Assembly (NCBI GenBank): GCA_963718915.1
Contig: CAVRAI010000015.1
Coordinates: 240,001-272,000, forward strand
Source of the DNA: an uncultured Chloroflexia bacterium
GTDB lineage: Bacteria; Chloroflexota; Ktedonobacteria; Ktedonobacterales; JADMIN01
DNA length: 32,000 nt
Reading direction: 5' to 3'
The notes beneath the pieces were generated by a model. The model saw only the letters and a list, made by a program, of their open reading frames with translations, searched no databases and was not told the origin of the DNA. This document shows positions 16,559 through 25,203 of this stretch, piece after piece. Positions within the stretch are counted from its first letter, which is position 1. Each line of letters begins with the position of its first letter. Both the position numbers and the translations under genes were made by a program.

Positions 16559-16697
16559 CGCGCGCCACGCTATGGCCCGGCTCTCCCATTGGGTATACCT
16601 CGCAATACTCTGACGACGCTTGTTCGTCATCACACCATGAGGGGCGTAGTGCGTCCTCTCGCCTGCGAATACTCCATGGTATAGGAATAATCGCCCG

Positions 16698-16726
16698 TTG
16701 ACAGGTATCACCGCCAATGATACACT
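16698..16726 (+). promoter_or_regulatory. Sigma-70-type promoter TTGACA-N17-TACACT (extended -10 TGATACACT)
   Basis: ttgaca ggtatcaccgccaatga tacact. It would give a ~177-nt leader before the ATG at 16910. Confidence 0.5.
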
Positions 16727-16909
16727 CGTCCGGCATGTATCCCTGCTCTGGGAAGCGAACAGAAATGCTTGCCCAGGGCGGAAAGTATTCGCCCGGTATC
16801 ATCTCGTTCGTCGTACGCATGTTTTTCGCATGTTTTGTGAAGACGGCGGGCAACGCGCTCAGGGTTTGGTGGGCCTGGTGGGAGAAGTCTAAAGGAGGCG
16901 CCGCTGGTC

Positions 16910-18091
<1,182 letters not shown>

Positions 18092-18156
18092 GAACCATAG
18101 AAGCCTGGGAGCCATAGGCTGACCACGCTGGCGCACGATAGCCCTGAGCATACATG

Positions 18157-18191
18157 CAGCCCCGGTTGGGAGTCACTCCCCGCCGGGGCTG
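18157..18191. terminator. Bidirectional hairpin between convergent genes
   Basis: CAGCCCCGG tt GGGAG tca CTCCC cg CCGGGGCTG, a nested 9-bp + 5-bp stem with a short T-rich run after it on the + strand. Confidence 0.6.
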
Positions 18192-18215
18192 GTGCTATTT
18201 CCTGGCTGGCTAGCT

Positions 18216-18258
18216 TCCGGGTAGTTTCCGGGTAGTTTCCGGGTAGTTTCCGGGTAGC
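18216..18258. repeat. 11-bp tandem repeat (TTCCGGGTAGT x3.9)
   Basis: Direct reading. The array is flanked by the direct repeat GCTGGCT(G)GTTAGCTTCCG and abuts the stop of the lipoprotein gene. Confidence 0.9.
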
Positions 18259-18265
18259 TGGCTGG

Positions 18266-18937
18266 TTAGCTTCCGCAGGGGTTGCGTGGATTCACGAATG
18301 CGCCGGGGGTGAATGAGGTGAGGATGTGTCGCCAGATTGCCCCATAGCGCTGCATAAAGGTGTCGTCCGGCGGTATACCGTCGAGACGGATTGCGACGAA
18401 GAGTCCGTTCACGACCACCGTCGCTAGGACGCTCGAAGTAACAGCGCCTGAATTGGGCTGAGGCACAGGCGTTGGTTGCGCAAAAATATCCTGCTCGTAT
18501 CCCGGTAGTCCCGACCCTATAGTGATCGGCGTCCCGGCGTTGCAACTCGCTGCTGGGAGGCCGGTCGTCGCGGTGCTAATCTGGAGTACCAGCGCATCTT
18601 GCGCCGTGGGATAGGTTCCATTGAAGGCGGTAATGCCGCCACCATCAGATGGGTCTGGCTGCGAGCCGTTCACGACCATAGTGGCGGGTATATCGAGATG
18701 GAATCCGAAGGTGGGATCCGCATACGTCTTGAATGGCGTCCCATCCACCAGAATCACTGTCGCGGTGGCGCTGGCGACTGCGGCGGGCGTCTGCGTAGGC
18801 TGCTGGGGCTGTGTGTTTTGTGTCTGGACGGGGCCACAGGCTGTGACACCAGCCAGGAGCAGTGTGAGCGATACCGTGAGTAGCGCCAGGCGACGATGGC
18901 TACCGAGCCGCCTCATGCATGTCATGATCCGTGGCAT
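18266..18937 (-). CDS. Hypothetical lipoprotein
   Basis: Signal peptide with lipobox (LLLAGVTAC). Start at MPRIMTCMRRLG (18937) with GGAGG 5 nt upstream, downstream of the predicted promoter. No recognisable domain. Confidence 0.65.
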   Translation of the reverse strand: MPRIMTCMRRLGSHRRLALLTVSLTLLLAGVTACGPVQTQNTQPQQPTQTPAAVASATATVILVDGTPFKTYADPTFGFHLDIPATMVVNGSQPDPSDGGGITAFNGTYPTAQDALVLQISTATTGLPAASCNAGTPITIGSGLPGYEQDIFAQPTPVPQPNSGAVTSSVLATVVVNGLFVAIRLDGIPPDDTFMQRYGAIWRHILTSFTPGAFVNPRNPCGS

Positions 18938-18974
18938 GTGAGCCTCCAAAACATCGCAACGCTCTAGTACGGAC

Positions 18975-19003
18975 ATTGTGAGCCAGACGGTATGTGGTGT
19001 CAA
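18975..19003 (-). promoter_or_regulatory. Sigma-70-type promoter TTGACA-N17-CACAAT
   Basis: The minus strand reads TTGACA ccacataccgtctggct CACAAT, ~38 nt upstream of the ATG at 18937. Confidence 0.55.
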
Positions 19004-19029
19004 TTGATGAGGTGGCGCGGCCACTCAGG

Positions 19030-19160
19030 GGCGGACCTCTCCCCCTACCCCCTCCCCTGCGAGGGGAGGGGCCGCAATCGAAGAGTGCGACGGTGGGGCA
19101 AGGTCTGGCTCTGGCTCCTCTCCTTTTAGGGGAGAGGGTGGTGGGGCGCCTCCGCTCTCG
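19030..19160. repeat. GGGGAGAGG-type hairpin repeats (CCTCCCC-tgcga-GGGGAGG; CCTCTCC-ttttagg-GGAGAGG)
   Basis: Two hairpins. The second, with flanks GCTCTGGCTCC...TGGGG, is a copy of the unit at 21775-21825. Confidence 0.75.
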
Positions 19161-19298
19161 AAGGGGACCATATATTTGAGGATGAACCCCTTGGGCGGAT
19201 GCGAGCCTTGTGACGCTCCATCCCCTCCTCCACCCGTCGCTTGAGCCTTCCTGCTATACTGATGTCAAGCAGCCGCTGCCAGGACTGCATTCCAGCGC

Positions 19299-19465
19299 GG
19301 GGAGCAGACCGTAGCGTTTACGCTACGGCGAATTTCCTCCACCAACACTACGGCGAATGGAGCGTGTTGTGGCGGGCGGGGCAGATCGTAGCGTAAACGC
19401 TACGGCGAATGGGGCAGATGAGCCGGTGGAGCGCGGAAATTCGCCGTGGCCTTCAGGCTACGACG
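19299..19465. repeat. Hairpin-module repeat cluster (CGTAGCGT-nn-ACGCTACG modules, inverted ACGGCGAATTTCC ends)
   Basis: gcagaccgtagcgtttacgctacggcgaatttcc ... gtggcgggcggggcagatcgtagcgtaaacgctacggcgaatgg ... ggaaattcgccgtggccttcaggctacg. Related to 15290-15335. Confidence 0.7.
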
Positions 19466-19725
19466 CGCTCGCCTCAGGGCAACCAGGCCGCGTCTGGATC
19501 AACGCCACCCAATATTTCGAGGGCGTGACGCCGGGGGTGTGGGAGTTCCACGTCGGCGGCTATCAGGTCTGCGAGAAGTGGCTGAAAGACCGCAAAGGCC
19601 GCACCCTCACCTACGACGACCTCACCCACTACCAGCAGACCGTCGCTGCCCTCGCCGAGACCATCCGCCTGATGGCCGCGATAGATGAGACCATCGAGGA
19701 CCATGGTGGCTGGCCACTGGAGTAG
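19357..19725 (+). pseudogene. Relic of the C-terminal domain of a Type ISP / Type IIG restriction-modification enzyme
   Basis: The last ~85 codons (RVWINATQYFEGVTPGVWEFHVGGYQVCEKWLKDRKGRTLTYDDLTHYQQTVAALAETIRLMAAIDETI) match the conserved C-terminal tail of ~1000-aa Type ISP/N6-methylase fusion enzymes as recalled. The first ~35 codons of the ORF are translated repeat sequence. No helicase or methylase part is present. Confidence 0.65.
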
Positions 19726-19844
19726 TCCGCGTATAGCCACACACCGAAGATGGCCAACTCGCACGAAGGTTGCCAACCATTGGATATGGCCGCCTTCCCA
19801 TTATTTGGCCGCCTTCGCGAGAACCCGGTTGTCATAGGAGGCGT

Positions 19845-20030
19845 GCCGTAGCGTAATGCAGCCACGGCGGCTGGCGGCTGAAGCCGCGCCTAGGGGCTAC
19901 GCCGCAAAGGCCGCCTGCGCGGCCTGCAGAGCGCGCGTCTGCCGCGTCGCTCTCTTGCTCTGGAGCCTGCGGAGGCAGGCTTTGCGGCGCAGCGCAGCGT
20001 AGCCCTTAGCCGCGCGTTTACGCGCCAAGG
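19845..20030. repeat. MITE-like hairpin-mosaic element related to the 15058 family
   Basis: Internal inverted repeat: ccgcgcctaggggctacgccgcaaaggccgcctgcg vs the reverse complement of caggctttgcggcgcagcgcagcgtagcccttagccgcgcg. Same module grammar as copy A. Confidence 0.6.
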
Positions 20031-20033
20031 CTA

Positions 20034-21740
20034 TTACTCCCTCGGAATGATCGGCAGGATCACCGCCGACGGATGCTCCGCGTCGTGGTAGATGAGCTGC
20101 TCCGCCACCACCATCTCGCTCGTCTGCCCCAGCGGCGCGCCGGTGTTCAGGTTGCGCGCGAACTTGGGGAACGCGCTCGACGAGAGCATCAGGCCGATGC
20201 GATGGCCCGCCTTGAAGACCTGCGCCGTATTCCAGCAGTCGATGGTATAGCGATAGATTTTTCCCGGCTCGATCAGCGTTGGCGACTCCATCCCGTCGCG
20301 GAAGCGCGCCCGCACGATGCCATCGCAGAGCCGCTGCGCAAAGCCCGTCGGCCAGACATCGGTCAGCAGGGCGGTGAAGTCGGTATCAGCCGCCGAAGAC
20401 GCCGCGTAGAGATCCACCGAGATCGACCCAGTGACCTCCACATCCCCCGCCAGCGGCTCCGTCACGTAGACCAGCGTATCGTCGCGCCGCTCGACCGCCG
20501 CGTAGTCGTCGGGGCCGCCGATCTGCGACGAGGTTGGCTCCGTCAGGAAGGGAACCGGGCGCGCGGGATCGTAGCGATAGCCGTCGGTCGGCTCGGCCTC
20601 GGGTAGCGCAGGCGAGAGCGCGCCATCGCCAAAGCGGCTATTCGCGCGCCCGCCGCTATGCAGGTAGTAGCGCGTCCACTGGGTGCGCGCCAGCGGCCAC
20701 TCCCGTTCATCGCGCCACTCGTTCGCGCCCATCACGAAGATGCGTACCGGCGCGTCTGAGCCATCGCCCTCAGCCTGCGCGCTGGCGCTGGCGGCGTCAG
20801 CCTCGCCCTTCAGCCAGCGGTCGAACCAGCGGACGTGCTCGCCGCGCAGGTCGATCAGCGCCTGCGGGCCAAAGTCCACCTCGCCCAGCTTCGCCTTGGT
20901 GTTGATCTGGTGGCCCCATGGCCCCATCAGCAGCCGCTGGCTGGCGCGCGCCTCAGGGGTCGCGCCACGGGTGGTCATGCCGATGAAGTTGAGCGGCGTG
21001 CCAATCTGCTCGTCGTCGTACCAGCCAGAGACATGCAGCGTCGGCACGCTGACGCGCTCGAAGGCGTGCTGGTAGCGGCGCGGCTGCCAGTAGTCGTCGA
21101 GCTGTGGGTGGGCGAGGTCATTGCGCCAGTGCTCGTTGGCCCGCCCGGCGCGCTCGTCCATCGTCAGCAGCGGCAGGTGGGTGTAGACTTCTTCCCAGTT
21201 GACGGCGGCCATCGGCTGAAGCGTCCGCCCGCTGACGAAATGCAGCCAGCAGAGATCCATCGGGCTGTGCTCGCCCGTCGGATTCTCGACGAAGGGGTCG
21301 GAGGGCGAGACGGAGACGATCATCGCGCGCAGGTGCGGCGGCTGCTCCAGCGCCGTTAGCCACTGAATGCAGCCGGGATACGAGCCGCCAATCGTGCCAA
21401 TCGCGCCGGTTGCCCAGGGCTGCGCGGCCAGCCACTCGATGGCGTCGTAGCCGTCAGGCCCGTCGTTGACGTACGGCACGAATAATCCATCGGAGTCGCC
21501 GCGCCCGCGCACATCCATCGCGACCAGCGCATAGCCCTGGCCCGTGTAGTAGCGGGCAGTCTCCAGGAACGCCTCATTGGATTTGAGATAGGGCGTGCGG
21601 TTCAGGATGATGGGCCAGCGATCGCTCGCATTCGCGGCCAGCGGCGGCAGATAGACATCGGCGGCGAGGGTGACGCCGTCGCGCATGGGGACACGTAGCC
21701 CAAAGGCAATGCGTGGCGTATCGATTGTCGTAATCATCAT
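20034..21740 (-). CDS. CocE/NonD family hydrolase (S15 X-Pro dipeptidyl-peptidase-like)
   Basis: VPMRDGVTLAADVYLP N-terminus, nucleophile GGSYPG, and a C-terminal jelly-roll region (YRYDPARPVP...SSSAFPKFARNLNTG). Start at MMITTID (21740). The longer ORF to 21854 translates the hairpin repeat. Confidence 0.85.
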   Translation of the reverse strand: MMITTIDTPRIAFGLRVPMRDGVTLAADVYLPPLAANASDRWPIILNRTPYLKSNEAFLETARYYTGQGYALVAMDVRGRGDSDGLFVPYVNDGPDGYDAIEWLAAQPWATGAIGTIGGSYPGCIQWLTALEQPPHLRAMIVSVSPSDPFVENPTGEHSPMDLCWLHFVSGRTLQPMAAVNWEEVYTHLPLLTMDERAGRANEHWRNDLAHPQLDDYWQPRRYQHAFERVSVPTLHVSGWYDDEQIGTPLNFIGMTTRGATPEARASQRLLMGPWGHQINTKAKLGEVDFGPQALIDLRGEHVRWFDRWLKGEADAASASAQAEGDGSDAPVRIFVMGANEWRDEREWPLARTQWTRYYLHSGGRANSRFGDGALSPALPEAEPTDGYRYDPARPVPFLTEPTSSQIGGPDDYAAVERRDDTLVYVTEPLAGDVEVTGSISVDLYAASSAADTDFTALLTDVWPTGFAQRLCDGIVRARFRDGMESPTLIEPGKIYRYTIDCWNTAQVFKAGHRIGLMLSSSAFPKFARNLNTGAPLGQTSEMVVAEQLIYHDAEHPSAVILPIIPRE

Positions 21741-21774
21741 AGGGTGTCCTTCGTCTACATCATCAAAACAATCT

Positions 21775-21825
21775 GCGCTCTGGCTCCCCCTCTCCTGTGG
21801 GAGAGGGGGCTGGGGGGTGAGGTCT
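21775..21825. repeat. GGGGAGAGG-type hairpin repeat (CCCCCTCTCC-tgtg-GGAGAGGGGG)
   Basis: 10-bp stem at 21786-21809 with flanks shared with 19106-19150. Lies in the leader of the CocE/NonD gene. Confidence 0.8.
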
Positions 21826-21958
21826 CGCGGGACGCCCCAGATATCATTGGCCACTCACTGAGACAGCCGAGCCTGGAGTTCCAGTGTAAGCCGTGGTGCG
21901 TGGCGCCGTCAATGCTTCCCATGCTGAAGAATAACCGGGAATAACCGGCGCACCCTTG

Positions 21959-21987
21959 TTGACGCGCTGCCTGCTGCGGCATACAAT
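21959..21987 (+). promoter_or_regulatory. Near-consensus sigma-70 promoter TTGACG-N17-TACAAT
   Basis: ttgacg cgctgcctgctgcggca tacaat, preceded by the direct repeat AATAACCGG x2 (21930-21948), ~165 nt upstream of the ATG at 22157. Confidence 0.65.
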
Positions 21988-22156
21988 GCCGCCCAAACTC
22001 AGTAGTGAAGTATCCGCTCAAACGCTCATCCATATCCGTAGCGTGACGCCGTGTGTAACACACCAGCAGGTGCGACGATTCGCGTATCCACCGTCAACGC
22101 ATCGAGGCGTATCTGTCCCGCAGTGGCGCGGGCCAGCACTTCCGGGAGGTTGGCCC

Positions 22157-22867
22157 ATGAGCCAGATTCTTCTGCCGCCCTCATCGCGGGAGCCACAGCC
22201 ACCAGCTGAGGTCGCTCCCCCGCACGACGCGCCCCCGCCGCCGAGCTACAACCCCGAGCCGCTGAAGAAGCCGTCCCGCTTCTGGCGTATCGTCAAGTGG
22301 CCGATTCACCAGCTGCTCAAAGGCGTTTATCTGGTTGCGTCATTAATCAACCGTCACCGCATCATCAGCCTGATTGCGCTGCTCGCGGTCGCGGCGATGG
22401 TGACCGGCGGCGTGCTGACCTATCGCGCGCTCAACCCCGACCATGCGCAGGGAACCAGCGGCAATACGTCTGGCGCGGGCGCGGCCAACATCCCTGATAC
22501 GCCCTTCACGGTCGTCAACGGCGCGCAGATACCGCTCTCCAACGGCGTCGTGCTCTGGCTCCACGGGACGAAGACCTATAACGCGCAGGAACTCTGGAAC
22601 GGCATGAGCGTGCAACTCAAGTCAGCCTTTCAACTGCAAGGCAGCACCCAGGCCGACCTTCAGCAGACGCTCGATAACTTTCGCACGCAGGGGCTGAAGT
22701 TCGACGAGTACGTTGTTTCCGGCAGCTTCCAGTTCCCCGATGGCTCCGCGACCTATACCGTCGAGGCCATTGCCCATGACAATACACAGCGCTACATCCT
22801 CACCTGGTTTTTCAAGACCGATCCGACGGGCCAGATCAACTCGTTTCAGGATCTTTCCCAGAGCTGA
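22157..22867 (+). CDS. Hypothetical single-pass membrane protein (Pro-rich N-terminus)
   Basis: GGGAGG RBS. Pro-rich cytoplasmic head, one TM helix (IISLIALLAVAAMVTGGVLTY), and a ~130-aa extracytoplasmic domain with no motif I recognise. Confidence 0.6.
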   Translation: MSQILLPPSSREPQPPAEVAPPHDAPPPPSYNPEPLKKPSRFWRIVKWPIHQLLKGVYLVASLINRHRIISLIALLAVAAMVTGGVLTYRALNPDHAQGTSGNTSGAGAANIPDTPFTVVNGAQIPLSNGVVLWLHGTKTYNAQELWNGMSVQLKSAFQLQGSTQADLQQTLDNFRTQGLKFDEYVVSGSFQFPDGSATYTVEAIAHDNTQRYILTWFFKTDPTGQINSFQDLSQS

Positions 22868-22925
22868 GGCGCGCGAGCCGCATTCCCCCTGACACGGCGT
22901 CGAAAGAACGCGGAGGGTATTCCCA

Positions 22926-24776
22926 ATGGCTGCCAACAAAGACCTCGATAAATCGATAGACCGCTCGCTGGACGATTTTGGCCGATTCCTGCGCCACAAG
23001 TGGTGGCTGGTGCTGCTGCTCATCCTGATCGGCTGGTATGCCGTCGTCAACATCCTGCCGACCATCTCCGCGCCCCAGCCCGGCACGATTCTGGGGTTTG
23101 TCCTGCAGACCGGGCTGCTGATCTTCTTCATCCTGATCCAGTTCATCGCGCTCTTCTGGTTCCTGGGCCGCCCGCGTATCTACTGGGTGATGCCCGGCGA
23201 GAGCGGCGTCAGTTTCGCCGACTACAAGGGCAATCCCGAGGTGCTCGAAGCGGCGCGGCGGATCGTCATTCTGATGCGCGGCGTCAAGGGCTTCAAGGAG
23301 ATGGGCGGCGAGATCAGTCGCGGGCTGTTGCTGGTTGGCCCTCCCGGCACCGGCAAGAGCTATCTGGCGCAGTGCATCAGCACCGAGTCGGGCGTGCCCT
23401 TCGCCTACGCCAGCGCCGCCAGCTTCCGGGCGATGTTCATCGGCATGGACGTGCTGATGATTAAGAACCTCTATCGCAAGGCGCGGCGCTATGCCCGCGA
23501 GTATGGCGGCTGCATCCTCTTCATGGACGAGTTCGACGCGATAGGGATGGCGCGTGGCGGTGCGGGGCAGGGCGGCTTCGCGATGGGCGGCGGCATGATG
23601 GGTATGATGGGCGGCAGCGGCGGCCTGAACGAGCTGCTGATGCAGATGGATCCGCCGCCGATGGATCACTCGTGGTGGAAGAAGCTGCTGCGCATGGCGG
23701 GACTCTATCACGGGCGCAACCAGCGTGAGCCAGTGCTGACCATCGGCGCGACCAATATCCCCGATTCGCTGGACGCGGCGCTGCTCCGGCCGGGGCGTTT
23801 CGACCGCAAGATCATCGTGACGGCGCCGAGCGACGCCAACCGCGCCGAGGTCATCGAATACTATCTGGAGAAGGTGCGCCACGACGATATCTCGATACAG
23901 AAGCTCGTGACCGATATGGTGGGCTATACGCCGGTAGCCATCAAGCATGTCATCAACGAGGCGGTGGTTCTTGCCCACTTCGCGGGCCGCCAGAGCATCA
24001 CCTATCAGGATATCTGCGAGGCGCGCGAGACCCACGAGCACGGCATCCGCTATCCACGCACGCTCTCGATGCTGGAAAAGCGCCGCCTCTCGTACCACGA
24101 GGCCGGGCATGCGGTGGCGCAGGTGAAGCTGGTGCCGCGCTATCGGGTGACGCACGCGACGATTGCCAAGCGCCTGGGTTCCAGTGGTGAGGCGTTCGTC
24201 GCCTATAAGCCCTTGGAAGAGATCGTCACGCAGTCGGCGGATGAGGTCTTCGCCGAGATGGAGACGCTGCTGGCGAGTCGCGCCTCGGAGGAGCTATTCC
24301 TGCATACGCGGCTCAACGGCGTCGGCGGCGATCTGCACCGGGCGACAGAGCTTGCCTTCCACTACATAACGCACTGGGGCATGGGTGACGAGTTCTTCTC
24401 CGCATCGGCCACAATGGCGCCTGAGCGCATCTATACCGACCCAATCACGCGGCGCGAGGTTGAGGCGTTGTTGCGCCAGGCGTATACCGAGGTGCGGGTG
24501 CTGCTGGAACGACACAGCGCGGCGGTCATCGCCGTGGCGGAGGCGCTGCTCGAACGCGAGGAACTGGAGAGCGACGAGATTCTGGCGCTCATCAACCAGG
24601 CGGAGGCGCCCGCGCTGGCCGAGATTGCCACCGCCGCGCTCGGCTCCGTGCCGGTGGTGACGCCGGGTGAGTCGCCCGCCCCTGTCGCGCGGAATGGCCA
24701 CGCGCCGCTGCCCGGTCGCGTCGTCGAGGGCGAGGTGGTTCGTAACGACCAGGGAAGCAACGGCGCGGGGGAGTAG
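22926..24776 (+). CDS. Divergent FtsH-like membrane AAA+ zinc metalloprotease
   Basis: Two N-terminal TM helices, Walker A GPPGTGKS, pore loop MFIGM, Walker B ILFMDEFD, SRH ATNIPDSLDAALLRPGRFDRK, HEXXH (YHEAGHAV). Carries an unusual Gly/Met-rich insertion after Walker B. GGAGGG RBS. Confidence 0.85.
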   Translation: MAANKDLDKSIDRSLDDFGRFLRHKWWLVLLLILIGWYAVVNILPTISAPQPGTILGFVLQTGLLIFFILIQFIALFWFLGRPRIYWVMPGESGVSFADYKGNPEVLEAARRIVILMRGVKGFKEMGGEISRGLLLVGPPGTGKSYLAQCISTESGVPFAYASAASFRAMFIGMDVLMIKNLYRKARRYAREYGGCILFMDEFDAIGMARGGAGQGGFAMGGGMMGMMGGSGGLNELLMQMDPPPMDHSWWKKLLRMAGLYHGRNQREPVLTIGATNIPDSLDAALLRPGRFDRKIIVTAPSDANRAEVIEYYLEKVRHDDISIQKLVTDMVGYTPVAIKHVINEAVVLAHFAGRQSITYQDICEARETHEHGIRYPRTLSMLEKRRLSYHEAGHAVAQVKLVPRYRVTHATIAKRLGSSGEAFVAYKPLEEIVTQSADEVFAEMETLLASRASEELFLHTRLNGVGGDLHRATELAFHYITHWGMGDEFFSASATMAPERIYTDPITRREVEALLRQAYTEVRVLLERHSAAVIAVAEALLEREELESDEILALINQAEAPALAEIATAALGSVPVVTPGESPAPVARNGHAPLPGRVVEGEVVRNDQGSNGAGE

Positions 24777-24940
24777 CATACGCGCTTTCAGACGCTATAG
24801 TAGACTGGCGGCGCTGGTGATAATGCGGCGTCGCGGCATACATGCGGTTTAAGCAATTGTGGTGGACAGCGCCTGGCGCGTCAGAGCGCGGGCGGTTGAT
24901 GTCGTTTTACAAATTACCGGGAACACCGCGCGGCGGCTCT

Positions 24941-25120
24941 GCGCGGGCGGTTAAAACCGCGCCTGAAGGGCCTCGCTTGCTGCGCTCGCTCCGCCACAAA
25001 ACCCGCCTGCGCGGGTTTCACAGAACCGCTCGCCAGTGGGTATCCCGCTGAGATGGAGTCTGGGGAGTCCGCGTAGGCGGACTTGGTGGCCGCAGGCCCT
25101 TCAGGCGCGACTTCAGTCGC
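24941..25120 (-). repeat. MITE-like element, copy B (inverted relative to copy A), with an extra truncated end at 24884-24899
   Basis: Its reverse complement aligns end to end with 15061-15236 (GCGGCCAC[C/G]AAGTCCGCCTACGCGGACT, CCCACTGGCGAGCGGTT, AACCCGCGCAGGCGGGTTTTGTGGCGGAGCG, GAGGCCCTTCAGGCGCGGTTT). One terminal hairpin diverges (GCGACTTCAGTCGC). Confidence 0.75.
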
Positions 25121-25203
25121 CAGCCGCAGCCATTCATTCGCCCTACCACCTATCCTGCCGACCCGTCCAGGCGTATACTACTCAGGCTGTGGATGCGAGA
25201 GAT

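Noticed and set aside
16727-16909. Riboswitch or attenuator in the ~177-nt leader of the surface-protein gene.
   Set aside because: I found only short generic hairpins and a CGCATGTTTT direct repeat, nothing matching a riboswitch class I can recognise. It is left as an unexplained long leader rather than a called feature.
22836-24155. 439-aa minus-strand ORF opposite the FtsH-like gene. Similar long antisense ORFs: 25150..26133, 13983..14996, 17261..18151, 12811..13503, 9120..9773, 28312..28953, 20073..21359.
   Set aside because: These are typical high-GC antisense frames: Arg/Ala/Gly/His-rich low-complexity translations with no motifs, each fully overlapping a sense gene with strong family signatures.
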